From: Bacillota bacterium
GTDB taxonomy: Bacteria > Bacillota > Limnochordia > DTU080
Assembly (NCBI GenBank): GCA_012840225.1
Contig: DULU01000089.1
Span: 14,089-78,088, forward strand
Length of the DNA: 64,000 bases
Direction of reading: 5' to 3'
Part shown: one piece after another, positions 19,019 to 29,142 of the stretch
Layout of the letters: the number at the start of each line of letters is the position of its first letter
Numbering within the stretch: position 1 is the first letter of the stretch
The notes under the pieces: model-generated
Databases searched by the model: none
The model's input: the letters and a program-made list of their open reading frames with translations, nothing else
What the model was told of the DNA's origin: nothing
Translations under genes and position numbers: made by a program

Positions 19019-20973
19019 AAGCCCAAAGCTTCCCTTTTCGCTTCGATGTGTTCGATCATGGCCGCGGCGGCGGCTTTCGGCTCCTGCTCCAGGAGCACCT
19101 TCCCGCCAAGAAGCCCTTCAATGTCTTCCGTCAGCACCCGGGTGACCAGGCTGCTCCCGGCTACAGGGGGCACAGGGCCAAGGTGTGTCAACAACCCAAA
19201 GGCCACGGCAAAGATACCGTCGGCTACCGCCTTTTGCTCCAGGTATTCCGGAGCGGAGACCGCTACCGGCAGCCGACTGGGATCCACATTGAGCAGTGCC
19301 GCCAGCCGGGTGACGGCCAGCACAATGCGGCCAATATCCACACAGGAACCGAAGTTGAGCACCGGCGGAATGCCCGCCTCCCGGCAAAAGCGGCTCAGGC
19401 CGGCTCCGCACCGGGCCTCTGCCGCCGGATCCATTAAGCTCTCGATCTCCGCCGCGCTGCTCATGCAGCCGGCGCTTATCACTAAGACATTGTTTTTGAT
19501 CAACTCCTGCATGATGGCCAAACCGGTGGTATCGTGACCATTGCGATTGTTGGTACAGCCCACCACGGCCACCACCCCGCGGATGGTGCCGTCGGCGATG
19601 GCCGCCAAGAGCGGCTCCAGGCTGCCGCCGAAGGCCCGGCTGATGCTTTCCAGGCCGAAGCCGGCCAGCACTTTGGCTTTATAGGGCGGGAGATAAGGAG
19701 CCGGCCTGCCGTTCCCATGGTGATTTCCCTGGCTTCCCAGTCCCCGATAGCCGTTTTGCCGGCGGCGGTAGGCTTCTATGGCCATGCGGATCAATTCCCT
19801 GGCTTGGGCGGCCACCTGCTCCGGGGCATAGTCCACATGTTCAGAAACTCCCGGCAGGCGCACCACTTTGTCCACCGAGACCAATCTGGTAGGGAAGTGC
19901 TCGGCTATGGTGGACAAGGCCGGAATGGAGCAGTTCATATCCATCATCACCAGATCCACAGCCCCGGTGGCGATGATATATTCCTGGGCTATCCAGTTGG
20001 CCAACTGCCCGGCAAAACCACCGGCACTGGCGGCGGAACGCTGCATCAGCTCCTGCCCGGTGCACATGGATCCATATACATTGATCCCCTTGGCTCCTGC
20101 TTCTTTGGCCCAGGACAATATTTCCGGATCGCGGCTCGCTTGGATGACGGCCGTGCCGACAAAAGGCACGTGACCATGCGCCACAATATTCACTTTTTCC
20201 GGATCGATCACGCCCAGATCTGCCCAGCTTTCGGTCAGGGCCGGCGAGCCGAGAACGATATCCTGCACAGTGATGGTGCCCATCAAGCCCAGGTAACCAG
20301 TGGCGAGGGCTAATCGCACGGCAGTCAAAAGCAGATCCACCGGATCGGTATTGATGCTGGTCATGGATTTGGTTAAGGCATCTCTGATCTCAGAGAGGAT
20401 CCCGCCGGGAATGACGCCCAGCTTAGCCCACACCTCGCGGCGGGAAGGCGGGGCGAGGAGAGAGAGACTGGTGAGCGGCTCACGGCTCGCTTTGTGCATG
20501 TCGGCCAAAAGCCGGTCTGCAAGCTGCAGGGCGAGCTCCCTCTCGCTTTGCCCGGCGACGTTGATGCCGAAACCCATGGCCACCTCCTGGAGCTTCTGGG
20601 AATCGCCGATGCGGAAAGGCGTGCTTCCCAAAGCCGTGGCTTTGAGGGTGTCGATGGCCTCTTCCAGGTGGTGGGAATAGGCGGCCGCCCCATGAACAGC
20701 CAGTCTTAAGAGGTTACGGGCCGCAATGGTGTCGGCGGTGGCTCCGCAGATGCCGCGCTCGGCGCGGTGGGTGATGCGGCATGGTCCATGGCTGCACAGC
20801 TGGCAACATATCCCCTGCATGCCGAACCCGCATTGCGGTTGCTGCGATTGATAGCGATCGAAAATGGTCGGGATACCCTGGCTTCGACAGTACTCATACA
20901 TTTCGTTCGTGCTTCGATGCGCCGACGGACACCTGTCGACCGCATGGCATGTGCGGCAAATGCTCATCTTCAT
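19015..20973 (-). CDS. cooS: Anaerobic Ni,Fe carbon-monoxide dehydrogenase family catalytic subunit (atypical)
   Basis: QCGFG..GICC..C..GPC, HGH, MCT, DMNC, GCTN, GC, GSCVD and EQKA motifs. Confidence 0.92.
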   Translation of the reverse strand: MKMSICRTCHAVDRCPSAHRSTNEMYEYCRSQGIPTIFDRYQSQQPQCGFGMQGICCQLCSHGPCRITHRAERGICGATADTIAARNLLRLAVHGAAAYSHHLEEAIDTLKATALGSTPFRIGDSQKLQEVAMGFGINVAGQSERELALQLADRLLADMHKASREPLTSLSLLAPPSRREVWAKLGVIPGGILSEIRDALTKSMTSINTDPVDLLLTAVRLALATGYLGLMGTITVQDIVLGSPALTESWADLGVIDPEKVNIVAHGHVPFVGTAVIQASRDPEILSWAKEAGAKGINVYGSMCTGQELMQRSAASAGGFAGQLANWIAQEYIIATGAVDLVMMDMNCSIPALSTIAEHFPTRLVSVDKVVRLPGVSEHVDYAPEQVAAQARELIRMAIEAYRRRQNGYRGLGSQGNHHGNGRPAPYLPPYKAKVLAGFGLESISRAFGGSLEPLLAAIADGTIRGVVAVVGCTNNRNGHDTTGLAIMQELIKNNVLVISAGCMSSAAEIESLMDPAAEARCGAGLSRFCREAGIPPVLNFGSCVDIGRIVLAVTRLAALLNVDPSRLPVAVSAPEYLEQKAVADGIFAVAFGLLTHLGPVPPVAGSSLVTRVLTEDIEGLLGGKVLLEQEPKAAAAAMIEHIEAKREALGL

Positions 20974-21048
20974 CCGACCTCCCAGTCAATTTTCAACTTC
21001 TCTACTCTCCCTCGCCTTCGCCATCTCTCCGGCCCAGAGCGACGGAGA

Positions 21049-22383
21049 TCAGGCAGTCCTGACCTTTTGACCACCCAGCATGGCGGCCAGATCTTCCCGC
21101 GGCTCGCCGGTCTGGCGCAAGTCGAACTCTTTCTGCAGCACGGCCAGCACCGCCGGGGTGATCCAGGCCGGAAGCTTGGGCCCCAGATAGATCCCTTTTA
21201 TCCCCAGGGAAAAGAGACTCATCAGGATAGCCGCCGCCTTCTGCTCCATCCAGGAGAGCACCAAGGTGAGGGGCAGATCGTTCACCGGGCAACCTAAAGC
21301 TTCGGATAAGGCCACGGCGATGTCGATGGCGTGAATGGCGTCGTTGCACTGCCCCAGATCGATCAGTCTGGGGATGCCGTCGATGGTGCCCAGATCGAGA
21401 TCGTTGAAGCGGAATTTACCGCAAGCCAAGGTGAGGATGACCACATCGGGCCTCTCCGCCGCAGCCTGCACAAATTCCCGGTAATATTGATGACCCTTGC
21501 CCGGTGCATCGCAACCGCCCACCAGGAAGAAGTGACTGATCTTGCCCTGCTCTACCGCTTCTATGATCTTCCCGGCCAGCGGCAGCACATTGCCGGCGCT
21601 GAAGCCGGTGGTCAACACCGTTTTCCCGGGAGCCTCAGGCAACGGTGGTAGCTTCTTGGCCAGCTCGATCACGGGAGTGAAATCGTAGCCCTCAATGTGG
21701 CGCACTCCGGGCAGACCGGTGATACCGCAGGTGAACATGCGCTCCTTGTAGCTCTCCCTCGGCAGCACTACACAGTTGGTGGTACCTAAGATCGCCCCGC
21801 TGAACTCGCTGAACAGCTGCCGCTGGTCGATCCAGGACCCGCCCAGGTTCCCCCGCAGGTGGGAGAAGGCCCGCAGGCGTGGATAGCCATGAGCCGGAAG
21901 CATCTCGGAATGAGTATATATATTAACTCCTTGGCCTTCACTTTGCCTCAACAGCTCATACAGCGCTTTCATGTTGTGCCCGGTGACCAAAATGCCGGGA
22001 CCGGCCACCGTGCCGGTCTCCACCTGCGCCGGCTCATGAGCGCCGAAAGCATCGATATGTGCCTGGCGCAGGTTGCGCATCGCCCGCACATTGATTTCCC
22101 CGGCTTTCAGATTGAGCTTGATAAACCTCTCCAGATCGAAATCCACATTGGTCAGGGTGCTGTAGAGACCTTCCGCCAGGAAAGCGTCCACCTCTTCATC
22201 GGCCTTGCCGAGCTCGCGGGCATGATAGACATAGGCGCTGATGCCCTTCAGAGCATACAAGAGGTTCTCCTGCAAGCTTTGGATGTCGGCATCTTTACCG
22301 CACACCCCCACCTTCGTGCAGGCTGCCCCGGCTACCATTGAACACTGATTGCAATACATCAAGTTATTCCTCCGTTTGCCCAT
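21049..22383 (-). CDS. hcp: Hybrid cluster protein / hydroxylamine reductase (short form)
   Basis: MYCNQC-x7-C-x5-CGK, YTHSEMLPAHGYP, TTNC, GGCD, LACGKFRFN, GQCND and SWMEQKA motifs. Confidence 0.93.
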   Translation of the reverse strand: MGKRRNNLMYCNQCSMVAGAACTKVGVCGKDADIQSLQENLLYALKGISAYVYHARELGKADEEVDAFLAEGLYSTLTNVDFDLERFIKLNLKAGEINVRAMRNLRQAHIDAFGAHEPAQVETGTVAGPGILVTGHNMKALYELLRQSEGQGVNIYTHSEMLPAHGYPRLRAFSHLRGNLGGSWIDQRQLFSEFSGAILGTTNCVVLPRESYKERMFTCGITGLPGVRHIEGYDFTPVIELAKKLPPLPEAPGKTVLTTGFSAGNVLPLAGKIIEAVEQGKISHFFLVGGCDAPGKGHQYYREFVQAAAERPDVVILTLACGKFRFNDLDLGTIDGIPRLIDLGQCNDAIHAIDIAVALSEALGCPVNDLPLTLVLSWMEQKAAAILMSLFSLGIKGIYLGPKLPAWITPAVLAVLQKEFDLRQTGEPREDLAAMLGGQKVRTA

Positions 22384-22946
22384 TATTTATCTTGGTCTTC
22401 TTCCCCATATGCTTCCATTTTTCTTTTTCTCACCTGTGCCAAAATGCAGCTCTCGGTGTGGTGCAGGCCGCATTGCAGGCAGAATTGTTGTTCATCAACC
22501 GCCCGGCCGGCTACCCGCAACATCCCGGTCACACCCAGATGCAGATGCTGCAGTTCCTCATCGCTCATCTGATCCAGAAAAGCCTCCAGGGCGCGCCGGT
22601 AAGCTTTTTCCACCTTATCCAGCACCCGCTTTCCTTCAGCGGTTAATGACAGCGTCACTCCCCGCTGGTCATCGGCAGACTCTTTTTTCACCAACCAGCC
22701 GCTTTTCACCAGGCGGTTTATCAGATTGGTCATGGACGGGGCACTGATGCCCAAAGCTTGAGCAGCCTGCCCCGGAGCAGCACCCGGATGGTTAGACACA
22801 AAACGCATGGCCGCCAGCCGGGCTTTGGACATGAAGTCCCGGCCGCCCGATCCGGCAGCCAAAGCCTCCGGCATGATGACCTCCTCAAGCAAGAGTTGCA
22901 AAAGGCTGAGATTGTGCTTCAGCTCATTGAAGTTTAAGGCCGGCAT
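22383..22946 (-). CDS. MarR family transcriptional regulator with a Cys-rich C-terminus
   Basis: wHTH with L..L...G.....DQR...LT..G motif; C-terminal CLQC-x6-C; heads the hcp-cooS operon. Confidence 0.88.
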   Translation of the reverse strand: MPALNFNELKHNLSLLQLLLEEVIMPEALAAGSGGRDFMSKARLAAMRFVSNHPGAAPGQAAQALGISAPSMTNLINRLVKSGWLVKKESADDQRGVTLSLTAEGKRVLDKVEKAYRRALEAFLDQMSDEELQHLHLGVTGMLRVAGRAVDEQQFCLQCGLHHTESCILAQVRKRKMEAYGEEDQDK

Positions 22947-23016
22947 CGGACACCTCCCTTCCCGGATCTCCGGTCATCCCTGGCGGCGCAGTTGCTCGGG
23001 GAGAACCGCCTAACGT

Positions 23017-23062
23017 TTAGTTAGCATAACTAATTATTATCATAAAGAAGAACCCCCGTCAA
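23017..23062 (-). promoter_or_regulatory. Sigma-A-like promoter with a palindromic operator for the marR-hcp-cooS operon
   Basis: TTGACG-17 nt-TAATAA (with TG extension) on the minus strand, followed by the perfect inverted repeat TTAGTTA-N3-TAACTAA at 23017-23033. Confidence 0.65.
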
Positions 23063-23167
23063 CCACTTTTCTTACTTTGGCCATGTAAAAAAGACTCCTT
23101 GTTCATCTCGGCAGGCTACCGGAACCACTGCCGCCAGCTGCACCGCCAACAGCCGCTTTAACCCCTC

Positions 23168-23758
23168 TCAGACCTCCGGCTTAAGCATACCGAACAAGAT
23201 GTGCCTGGTTTTTTCCACATCGCCGGTGTGATGAATGGCTCTGATGCCCAGGGCAGCGGCAGCCGCCACATATTCCGGTATATCGTCTATGTAAGCCGTC
23301 TCCTCCGGCGCCAGATCCAATAGCCGCAGGGCATACTGGTATATTTCCCGCTCGGGCTTGCAGCTCCCCACCTCATACGACAAGACTACCGGATCAAAAT
23401 GGGTGAACAAACCCATGTCCTTCATCAACCGGGCATGGTTGAAGGTAGTGTTGGAAAGGATGCCCGTACGCAACCCTCCGGCTCTCACCTCTGCGGCCAA
23501 CGCCTGCATCTCGGGAAGATGGCGATAATATTCCAGCCATATATCGTCGAAGGCGTCGCCGGCTACCGGCCGGCCGGCGAGACTCTGCCAGAAATCGGTC
23601 TCCAAAAGCTCGCCTTTTTGCAACTGCGGCGTCACTTCCTCATAGCGAGGTGGGATATCGGGCAAAACCAGGCGGCGTACCAAATCCCGGCGGTACTCCG
23701 CTTCCCCAAGCCGCAAGAGGACGCCTCCCACATCGAAAAGAACCGCTTTAATCACCAC
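23168..23758 (-). CDS. HAD family phosphatase (YihX-like)
   Basis: FDVGGVL, LSNT, KP..EIY and IDD motifs. Confidence 0.9.
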   Translation of the reverse strand: MVIKAVLFDVGGVLLRLGEAEYRRDLVRRLVLPDIPPRYEEVTPQLQKGELLETDFWQSLAGRPVAGDAFDDIWLEYYRHLPEMQALAAEVRAGGLRTGILSNTTFNHARLMKDMGLFTHFDPVVLSYEVGSCKPEREIYQYALRLLDLAPEETAYIDDIPEYVAAAAALGIRAIHHTGDVEKTRHILFGMLKPEV

Positions 23759-23930
23759 AATCCCCCCAACTCCTTATAAATCCGCTTCCCCCCGGATATT
23801 TCTTTAACCAGGCGCCAAACGCCTGCCTCCCTTCCGGGAAGGAAACTCCGCACCGTTATATAAACAGTAAACAGTAAGCTAGAGCGTCCACACACCGGCA
23901 TACATAATGATACGTTTTGAGGTGAAACAG

Positions 23931-25310
23931 ATGAACAAGCAAAACCAAAGCCGCGGGAAAGGTGGCGAGCGGCCCAACATCGTGTTGATAGTGGCCGACG
24001 ACCACGGGCGGGAAGCGCTAGGTTGCTACGGCAACCCGGTTATAAAAACGCCGCACCTGGATCAGTTGGCCGCCGAAGGGGTGCGCTTCACCCACAGCTT
24101 CTGCACCACCGCCTCCTGCGCCGCCAGCCGCTCCGTCATCATGACCGGCTTATATAACCACAGCAACGGGACTTACGGGCATACCCACGCCCACCATCAT
24201 TTCTCTTGCTTTGAACATGTGCGCACTTTGCCGGCTCTTTTGGGAGAGGGCGGCTACCGCACCGGCCGCGTAGGCAAAAAGCATTATGCTCCGGATCATC
24301 TCTTCCCCTTCCACTGGGGCATCAAAGATAATGCCTTCGGCCGCGACGACGTGCGCATGGCCGAGAGCTGCCGGTCTTTCATCAGGGAGGCGGAGCCTTT
24401 CTTTTTATACTATTGCTCGCACAACCCGCACCGGGAGCGGGTGGTAAAATCACATCCCCTGCAGCCGAACAATTTCGGCAACCCGGAAACATCATTCCCC
24501 GGCGATCAGGAACAAACCTATGCCGAGGACGAAGTGATTATTCCCCCGTTTCTGGCGGATATCCCCGAGTCCCGCGCCGAGCTGGCGCAATATTATCAAT
24601 CCATATCCCGCCTGGACCGGGGGGTAGGGCGCCTGATAAAGATCCTCAAAGAAGAAGGTAAATACGACAACACGGTCATCATCTATATTTCCGACAACGG
24701 AGCGGCCTTCCCGCAGGCCAAAACCACCCTCTATGAACCGGGCACCAATCTCCCTTGCATTGTGCGCAGCCCGCTGCACCACAAGCGCGGCACCACCTGC
24801 AGCGCCTTGATCACCTGGGCGGACATCACCCCCACGGTGCTGGACTTTGCCGGTCTCTACCATGACCCGGCCGCCTTTCACGGCCGCTCGTTCAAAGAGG
24901 TGATCGACGAGGAGGATCCGCCCAACTGGCGCGCAGAGGTCTTTACCGCCCACACTTTCCATGAGATCACCAACTACTATCCAATGCGGGCGATACGGAC
25001 AAAAAAATATAAATTCATCTGGAACATCGCCTGGAAGCTGGATTATTCCTTTGCCAGCGATCTGTGGGCGGCACCGTCATGGCAGGGCGCGCTGCGGCGC
25101 CGGCTGGATCAGGTAGGCATGCGCAAAGTGGCGGCCTATATTCACCGTCCCCGCTTTGAGCTTTATGATCTGGAGAATGATCCCCATGAGACGGTGAACC
25201 TGGCGGAAGATCCGGCATATGGGCAACTGGTGGCCGAATTCTGCGCCAAACTGCAGCAGTTCCAGAAGGAGACCAAAGACCCCTGGCTGCATAAATGGGA
25301 ATATGAATAA
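23931..25310 (+). CDS. Sulfatase (N-sulfoglucosamine sulfohydrolase-like)
   Basis: PNIVLIVADD, TPHLD.LA.EG, CAASRS..TG (CxAxR variant), GKKH and SDNG motifs; start set at the ATG after a GAGGTG RBS. Confidence 0.9.
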   Translation: MNKQNQSRGKGGERPNIVLIVADDHGREALGCYGNPVIKTPHLDQLAAEGVRFTHSFCTTASCAASRSVIMTGLYNHSNGTYGHTHAHHHFSCFEHVRTLPALLGEGGYRTGRVGKKHYAPDHLFPFHWGIKDNAFGRDDVRMAESCRSFIREAEPFFLYYCSHNPHRERVVKSHPLQPNNFGNPETSFPGDQEQTYAEDEVIIPPFLADIPESRAELAQYYQSISRLDRGVGRLIKILKEEGKYDNTVIIYISDNGAAFPQAKTTLYEPGTNLPCIVRSPLHHKRGTTCSALITWADITPTVLDFAGLYHDPAAFHGRSFKEVIDEEDPPNWRAEVFTAHTFHEITNYYPMRAIRTKKYKFIWNIAWKLDYSFASDLWAAPSWQGALRRRLDQVGMRKVAAYIHRPRFELYDLENDPHETVNLAEDPAYGQLVAEFCAKLQQFQKETKDPWLHKWEYE

Positions 25311-25408
25311 CCGCCGGGAATAGGCATAACCGGCATGAGGCCATTGGCCTTTTGGCCGGGCGCTCCGGCTGCCCATGCGCCCGGCTGCCGTCTTCCTCAG
25401 CTTCTTCC

Positions 25409-26188
25409 TCAGGTCAGGTGAGGCGGAAGCCGCAACCGGTTCACCGCTGCCAGTGCCGCTTCCAGGTGCCTTTTTCCCCGCCTGAGGCTAAAGGTGAGGT
25501 GTCCGGGCAGCAAGGCGGAGAAATCGGCGGCCTGCATCTTTCTGATGCTCTCAATATGCTCCGTTATGGAACAATCATATATGGCCTGCCAAGCCACCCG
25601 CCCGCCGCAGAAGATGCTGTCCCCCGAGAAAAGCATCCGGTAGCCGTACCCGTCGACCAGGAAGGACAGGTGCCCGTCACAGTGCCCCGGGGTGGACAAA
25701 GCCTTGATGGTGAGGACTCCCTCCTCGCCGCCTATCCGCACCTCGTCCCCGTCATTTAATATATGGTCGATGCTGCAGGCTTGAAACTCCATGTCCGGAG
25801 GATAAAGCCCGGCCGCGATAGCTTCATCCAGGCAAATCAGCCGGCGGTCGGCGTTGACCACAGCTTCGGCTGTGTGTGCGGAAGCCCATATTTCCAGGCC
25901 GTACCTTTCCTTCAACACGGCCGCCCCACCGCTGTGATCGACATGCTTGTGCGTGAGAAAGAGCCTGGTCGGTGCACCGCCGCCCAGGGTCTCATCGATA
26001 TTCGCCAATAGCTGGGTCGTGTCATAGCCGGCTCCGGCATCAATCAAAATCCGTTCTTCTCCGGCAGCAAGCAAATAGACATGGCAGTCCAGCGGGTCGG
26101 ATAGATCAAAACCCATCCGCCCGCTGCCGACCAGCCATAGGTGTCCAGTGATCTGCACCAGCCACCCCTTCTTTCCACCGTTTTTCAC
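25409..26188 (-). CDS. MBL-fold metallo-hydrolase
   Basis: THKHVDHSGG, TPGH, FSGD and LPGH motifs. Confidence 0.9.
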   Translation of the reverse strand: MKNGGKKGWLVQITGHLWLVGSGRMGFDLSDPLDCHVYLLAAGEERILIDAGAGYDTTQLLANIDETLGGGAPTRLFLTHKHVDHSGGAAVLKERYGLEIWASAHTAEAVVNADRRLICLDEAIAAGLYPPDMEFQACSIDHILNDGDEVRIGGEEGVLTIKALSTPGHCDGHLSFLVDGYGYRMLFSGDSIFCGGRVAWQAIYDCSITEHIESIRKMQAADFSALLPGHLTFSLRRGKRHLEAALAAVNRLRLPPHLT

Positions 26189-26218
26189 ATGCGATCTAAT
26201 CAGGAGATGAACTCCGTG

Positions 26219-27397
26219 CTATTCGGCGGCCAACTCCAAAATGCGGCGCAGATCGTCCCGGGTCAGCCGGACAAATTTGCCGAGCGTATCATCGTTCGGC
26301 ATTCTGCACTTGGCCACCAGCTCATCGAATTTCTCCCGGCCGATTTTCAGCTCAGCCAAGGAGACAGGCAAGCCAATCGACCTGATGAACTGCCGCAGCC
26401 GCGCGATGCCGGCGAGGGCGATCTCTTCCGGATGGCGAAAATCGGGCTCGACATCCCAGACGCGCACGGCAAATTGAGCAAAGCGGTAGACATCATGGCG
26501 ATAGACGTAGGTCATCCAGGCCGGGAAGAGAGCTGCCAGGCCGGCTCCATGGGCCACATCATACATACCGCTCAATTCATGCTCCAGGATGTGGGTGGCC
26601 CAATCCCCGATCCGCCCCGTGCCCACCAGGTCATTGTGCGCCAGCGTTCCCGCCCACATGATTTCGGCCCTGGCGTCGTAGTTCTCCGGTTCGCGCAGAA
26701 CCACAGGCGTATGCTTAATGACGGTTTTCATCACAGCTTCGCCCAGGCGATCCGTCAAGTCGACATGAGGGGTATTGGTAAAATAGCGCTCAAAAACATG
26801 GGCTAATATGTCCATGGCGCCGCAAGCCGTCTGATAGGGCGGCAAGGTGAACGTCAGCTCAGGGTTTAAAATGGCGAAGACAGGCCGGTTGATGTTATTG
26901 TTATAGCTCCGCTTCAGCCAGCCGTCCTCATTGGTGATGACGCAGCTCCAGCTGGCTTCACTCCCTGCCGCGGCGATGGTCGGAATCGCTCCCACCGGCA
27001 GAGAGGTTTGCGCTTCGGCTTTGCCGCTGAAGAAGTCCCACACGTCCCCTTGATACGGCACGCCCAAAGCGATGGCTTTGGCCGAATCGATGACGCTTCC
27101 GCCGCCGACGGCCAGAACGAAATTAATCCCTTCCTTCCGGCACAGCTCTATGCCTTTATATACCAGGCTTAACCTGGGATTGGGGGCGACTCCGCCCAGT
27201 TCGACGTACTCTACCCCGGCTTCTTGCAGGGAGGCCGTCACCTGGTCGAACAAACCGCTCTTTTTGATGCTCCCACCGCCATAATGTAACAACACCTTGC
27301 GGCTGTATTTTCCGGTCTCCGGACCCACTTCATGGTGGCTCCCCCGGCCGAATATGATCTGAGTCGAACTGAGAAAGCGGAAGTTTTCCATATGCAT
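26219..27397 (-). CDS. Iron-containing alcohol (butanol) dehydrogenase
   Basis: YGGGSIKKSGL, AVGGGSVIDSAK, AGSE and H..EH.LS..YDVAHGAGLA motifs; start at the ATG after an AAGGAG RBS. Confidence 0.92.
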   Translation of the reverse strand: MHMENFRFLSSTQIIFGRGSHHEVGPETGKYSRKVLLHYGGGSIKKSGLFDQVTASLQEAGVEYVELGGVAPNPRLSLVYKGIELCRKEGINFVLAVGGGSVIDSAKAIALGVPYQGDVWDFFSGKAEAQTSLPVGAIPTIAAAGSEASWSCVITNEDGWLKRSYNNNINRPVFAILNPELTFTLPPYQTACGAMDILAHVFERYFTNTPHVDLTDRLGEAVMKTVIKHTPVVLREPENYDARAEIMWAGTLAHNDLVGTGRIGDWATHILEHELSGMYDVAHGAGLAALFPAWMTYVYRHDVYRFAQFAVRVWDVEPDFRHPEEIALAGIARLRQFIRSIGLPVSLAELKIGREKFDELVAKCRMPNDDTLGKFVRLTRDDLRRILELAAE

Positions 27398-27636
27398 CGC
27401 TGCTCCTTTGGCCAAGATATATGAGACGGGCAACCGCCGGGTTGCCCTCCTCGCCGCGGCGATATGAATTACTTCATTGATGAGCCGGAGACAACCTGCT
27501 TTTTTGTTCATTTAGCGGAGCAGGCAGGGCATCTTTTTCGGCTGTTGAATTCAGAGCTTTATTGAACAAAACGTCTCCGGTTCCGGAGGAGCCGGACGGC
27601 GTTTTTTCAGGTTTCGGGGAAAGGTTTGGTTGTTTT

Positions 27637-29109
27637 ATGATAGGCGCCTGGGCCCAAGATGAGCGCAAACGCTGGGCTATACTCATGACGGTCGGCATCG
27701 GCAGCATCATGTCCCCTCTCGACAGCAGCGTGGTCAACATTGCCCTGCCGGTGATCACGGCCGATCTGAACACGACAATTACCGTGGCCGAATGGGTGGC
27801 GGCGGCCTACCTGCTCACCATCAGCAGCTTGCTTTTGACCTACGGCCGGGCCGGCGACCTCTGGGGCCACCGCCATATTTATGTCACCGGTTTTGCCGTC
27901 TTCACCGCCGGATCGCTATTGTGCAGCTTATCTTCCAACATCGGTTTATTGATCGCTTTCCGGGTGGTGCAGGCCATAGGTGCCGGCATGATGATGGCTG
28001 CCGGACCGGCTCTGATCACCGCCGCCTTTCCGGCCAACGAGAGAGGGCGGGCTTTAGGCCTCAACGGCATGATGGTCGGCGTCGGCCTCGCTGCCGGTCC
28101 CGTCCTGGGCGGCCTCCTGGTGCAGCTCAGCGGCTGGCGCTCCATCTTCCTCATCAATTTGCCGATCGGCTTGGCCGGCATCTGGCTGGCTCACCGGATC
28201 CTCCCCTATCCAGCTCCCGACAGGCGCCGGCGCCGCTTTGATGTATCCGGAGCGGCCACTTTTTTCATCGCCCTATTGTCTCTTCTATTAGCCTTGAGCA
28301 GGGGCGACACCTGGGGTTGGCGCTCGGCGCCTATAACGGTGCTGTGGATAATCGGCCTTCTTGCCTTTGTCTCCTTTTTCCACATCGAGCGGCGGGTCGC
28401 AGATCCCATGGTCGACCTGCACCTCTTCAGGATCAGGCTTTTTGCCGCCGCCAACGGCAGCGCTCTGCTCAATTATATGGCCCAGTTCACGGTGACCTTT
28501 CTGATGCCTTTTTACCTGCAACAAGCGTTGGGCTTACCACCACAGCAAGCCGGCCTCATCCTTTTGGCTTTCCCGGTCTTCATGCTTCTCATGGCTCCCT
28601 TCAGCGGCGCCTTGTCCGACCGGTTGGGTTCCTATATCCTAAGCCCGTTGGGGATGCTCATCATCACCGTGGGATTGTGGCTCTTGAGCCGCCTGACCGG
28701 CACCACAGACCCGGGCAGCATATTCTGGCGCCTGGCTATCGTAGGATTAGGTTCAGGCCTTTTTCAGGCCCCCAATAACAGCGCCATCATGGGCAGCGTA
28801 CCCAAAGACCGGCTGGGCCTGGCGAGCGGTATGCTGGCCACCATGCGCAATGTAGGCATGGTGCTGGGAGTGGCCGTCAGCGCCGCCGTTTTCAGTTCCA
28901 GACATGACTTTTACCTTTACCAGGAGATGACGGGGAGAATGTTTGCTTACGATGCAGGTTTGACTCCGTATGTGGCGGCTGTCAGGGATACCTTCCTCGT
29001 CGGTTCAGGCTTTGCCTTGTTGGGTGTCGTCACCGCTATGGTGAGAGGCCGACCGGGCACCGGCACCGGCAGTCAAAACCGGCAGGCCCAGCAGGGCGAA
29101 GCCGATTGA
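27637..29109 (+). CDS. MFS transporter, DHA2 (14-TM) family
   Basis: LDSSVVNIALP, G..GD.WG.R, RVVQAIG and WRSIFLINLPIG motifs. Confidence 0.92.
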   Translation: MIGAWAQDERKRWAILMTVGIGSIMSPLDSSVVNIALPVITADLNTTITVAEWVAAAYLLTISSLLLTYGRAGDLWGHRHIYVTGFAVFTAGSLLCSLSSNIGLLIAFRVVQAIGAGMMMAAGPALITAAFPANERGRALGLNGMMVGVGLAAGPVLGGLLVQLSGWRSIFLINLPIGLAGIWLAHRILPYPAPDRRRRRFDVSGAATFFIALLSLLLALSRGDTWGWRSAPITVLWIIGLLAFVSFFHIERRVADPMVDLHLFRIRLFAAANGSALLNYMAQFTVTFLMPFYLQQALGLPPQQAGLILLAFPVFMLLMAPFSGALSDRLGSYILSPLGMLIITVGLWLLSRLTGTTDPGSIFWRLAIVGLGSGLFQAPNNSAIMGSVPKDRLGLASGMLATMRNVGMVLGVAVSAAVFSSRHDFYLYQEMTGRMFAYDAGLTPYVAAVRDTFLVGSGFALLGVVTAMVRGRPGTGTGSQNRQAQQGEAD

Positions 29110-29142
29110 CCGCCTGCCGGCACCCGGTTCCTCCGGTCTTAC

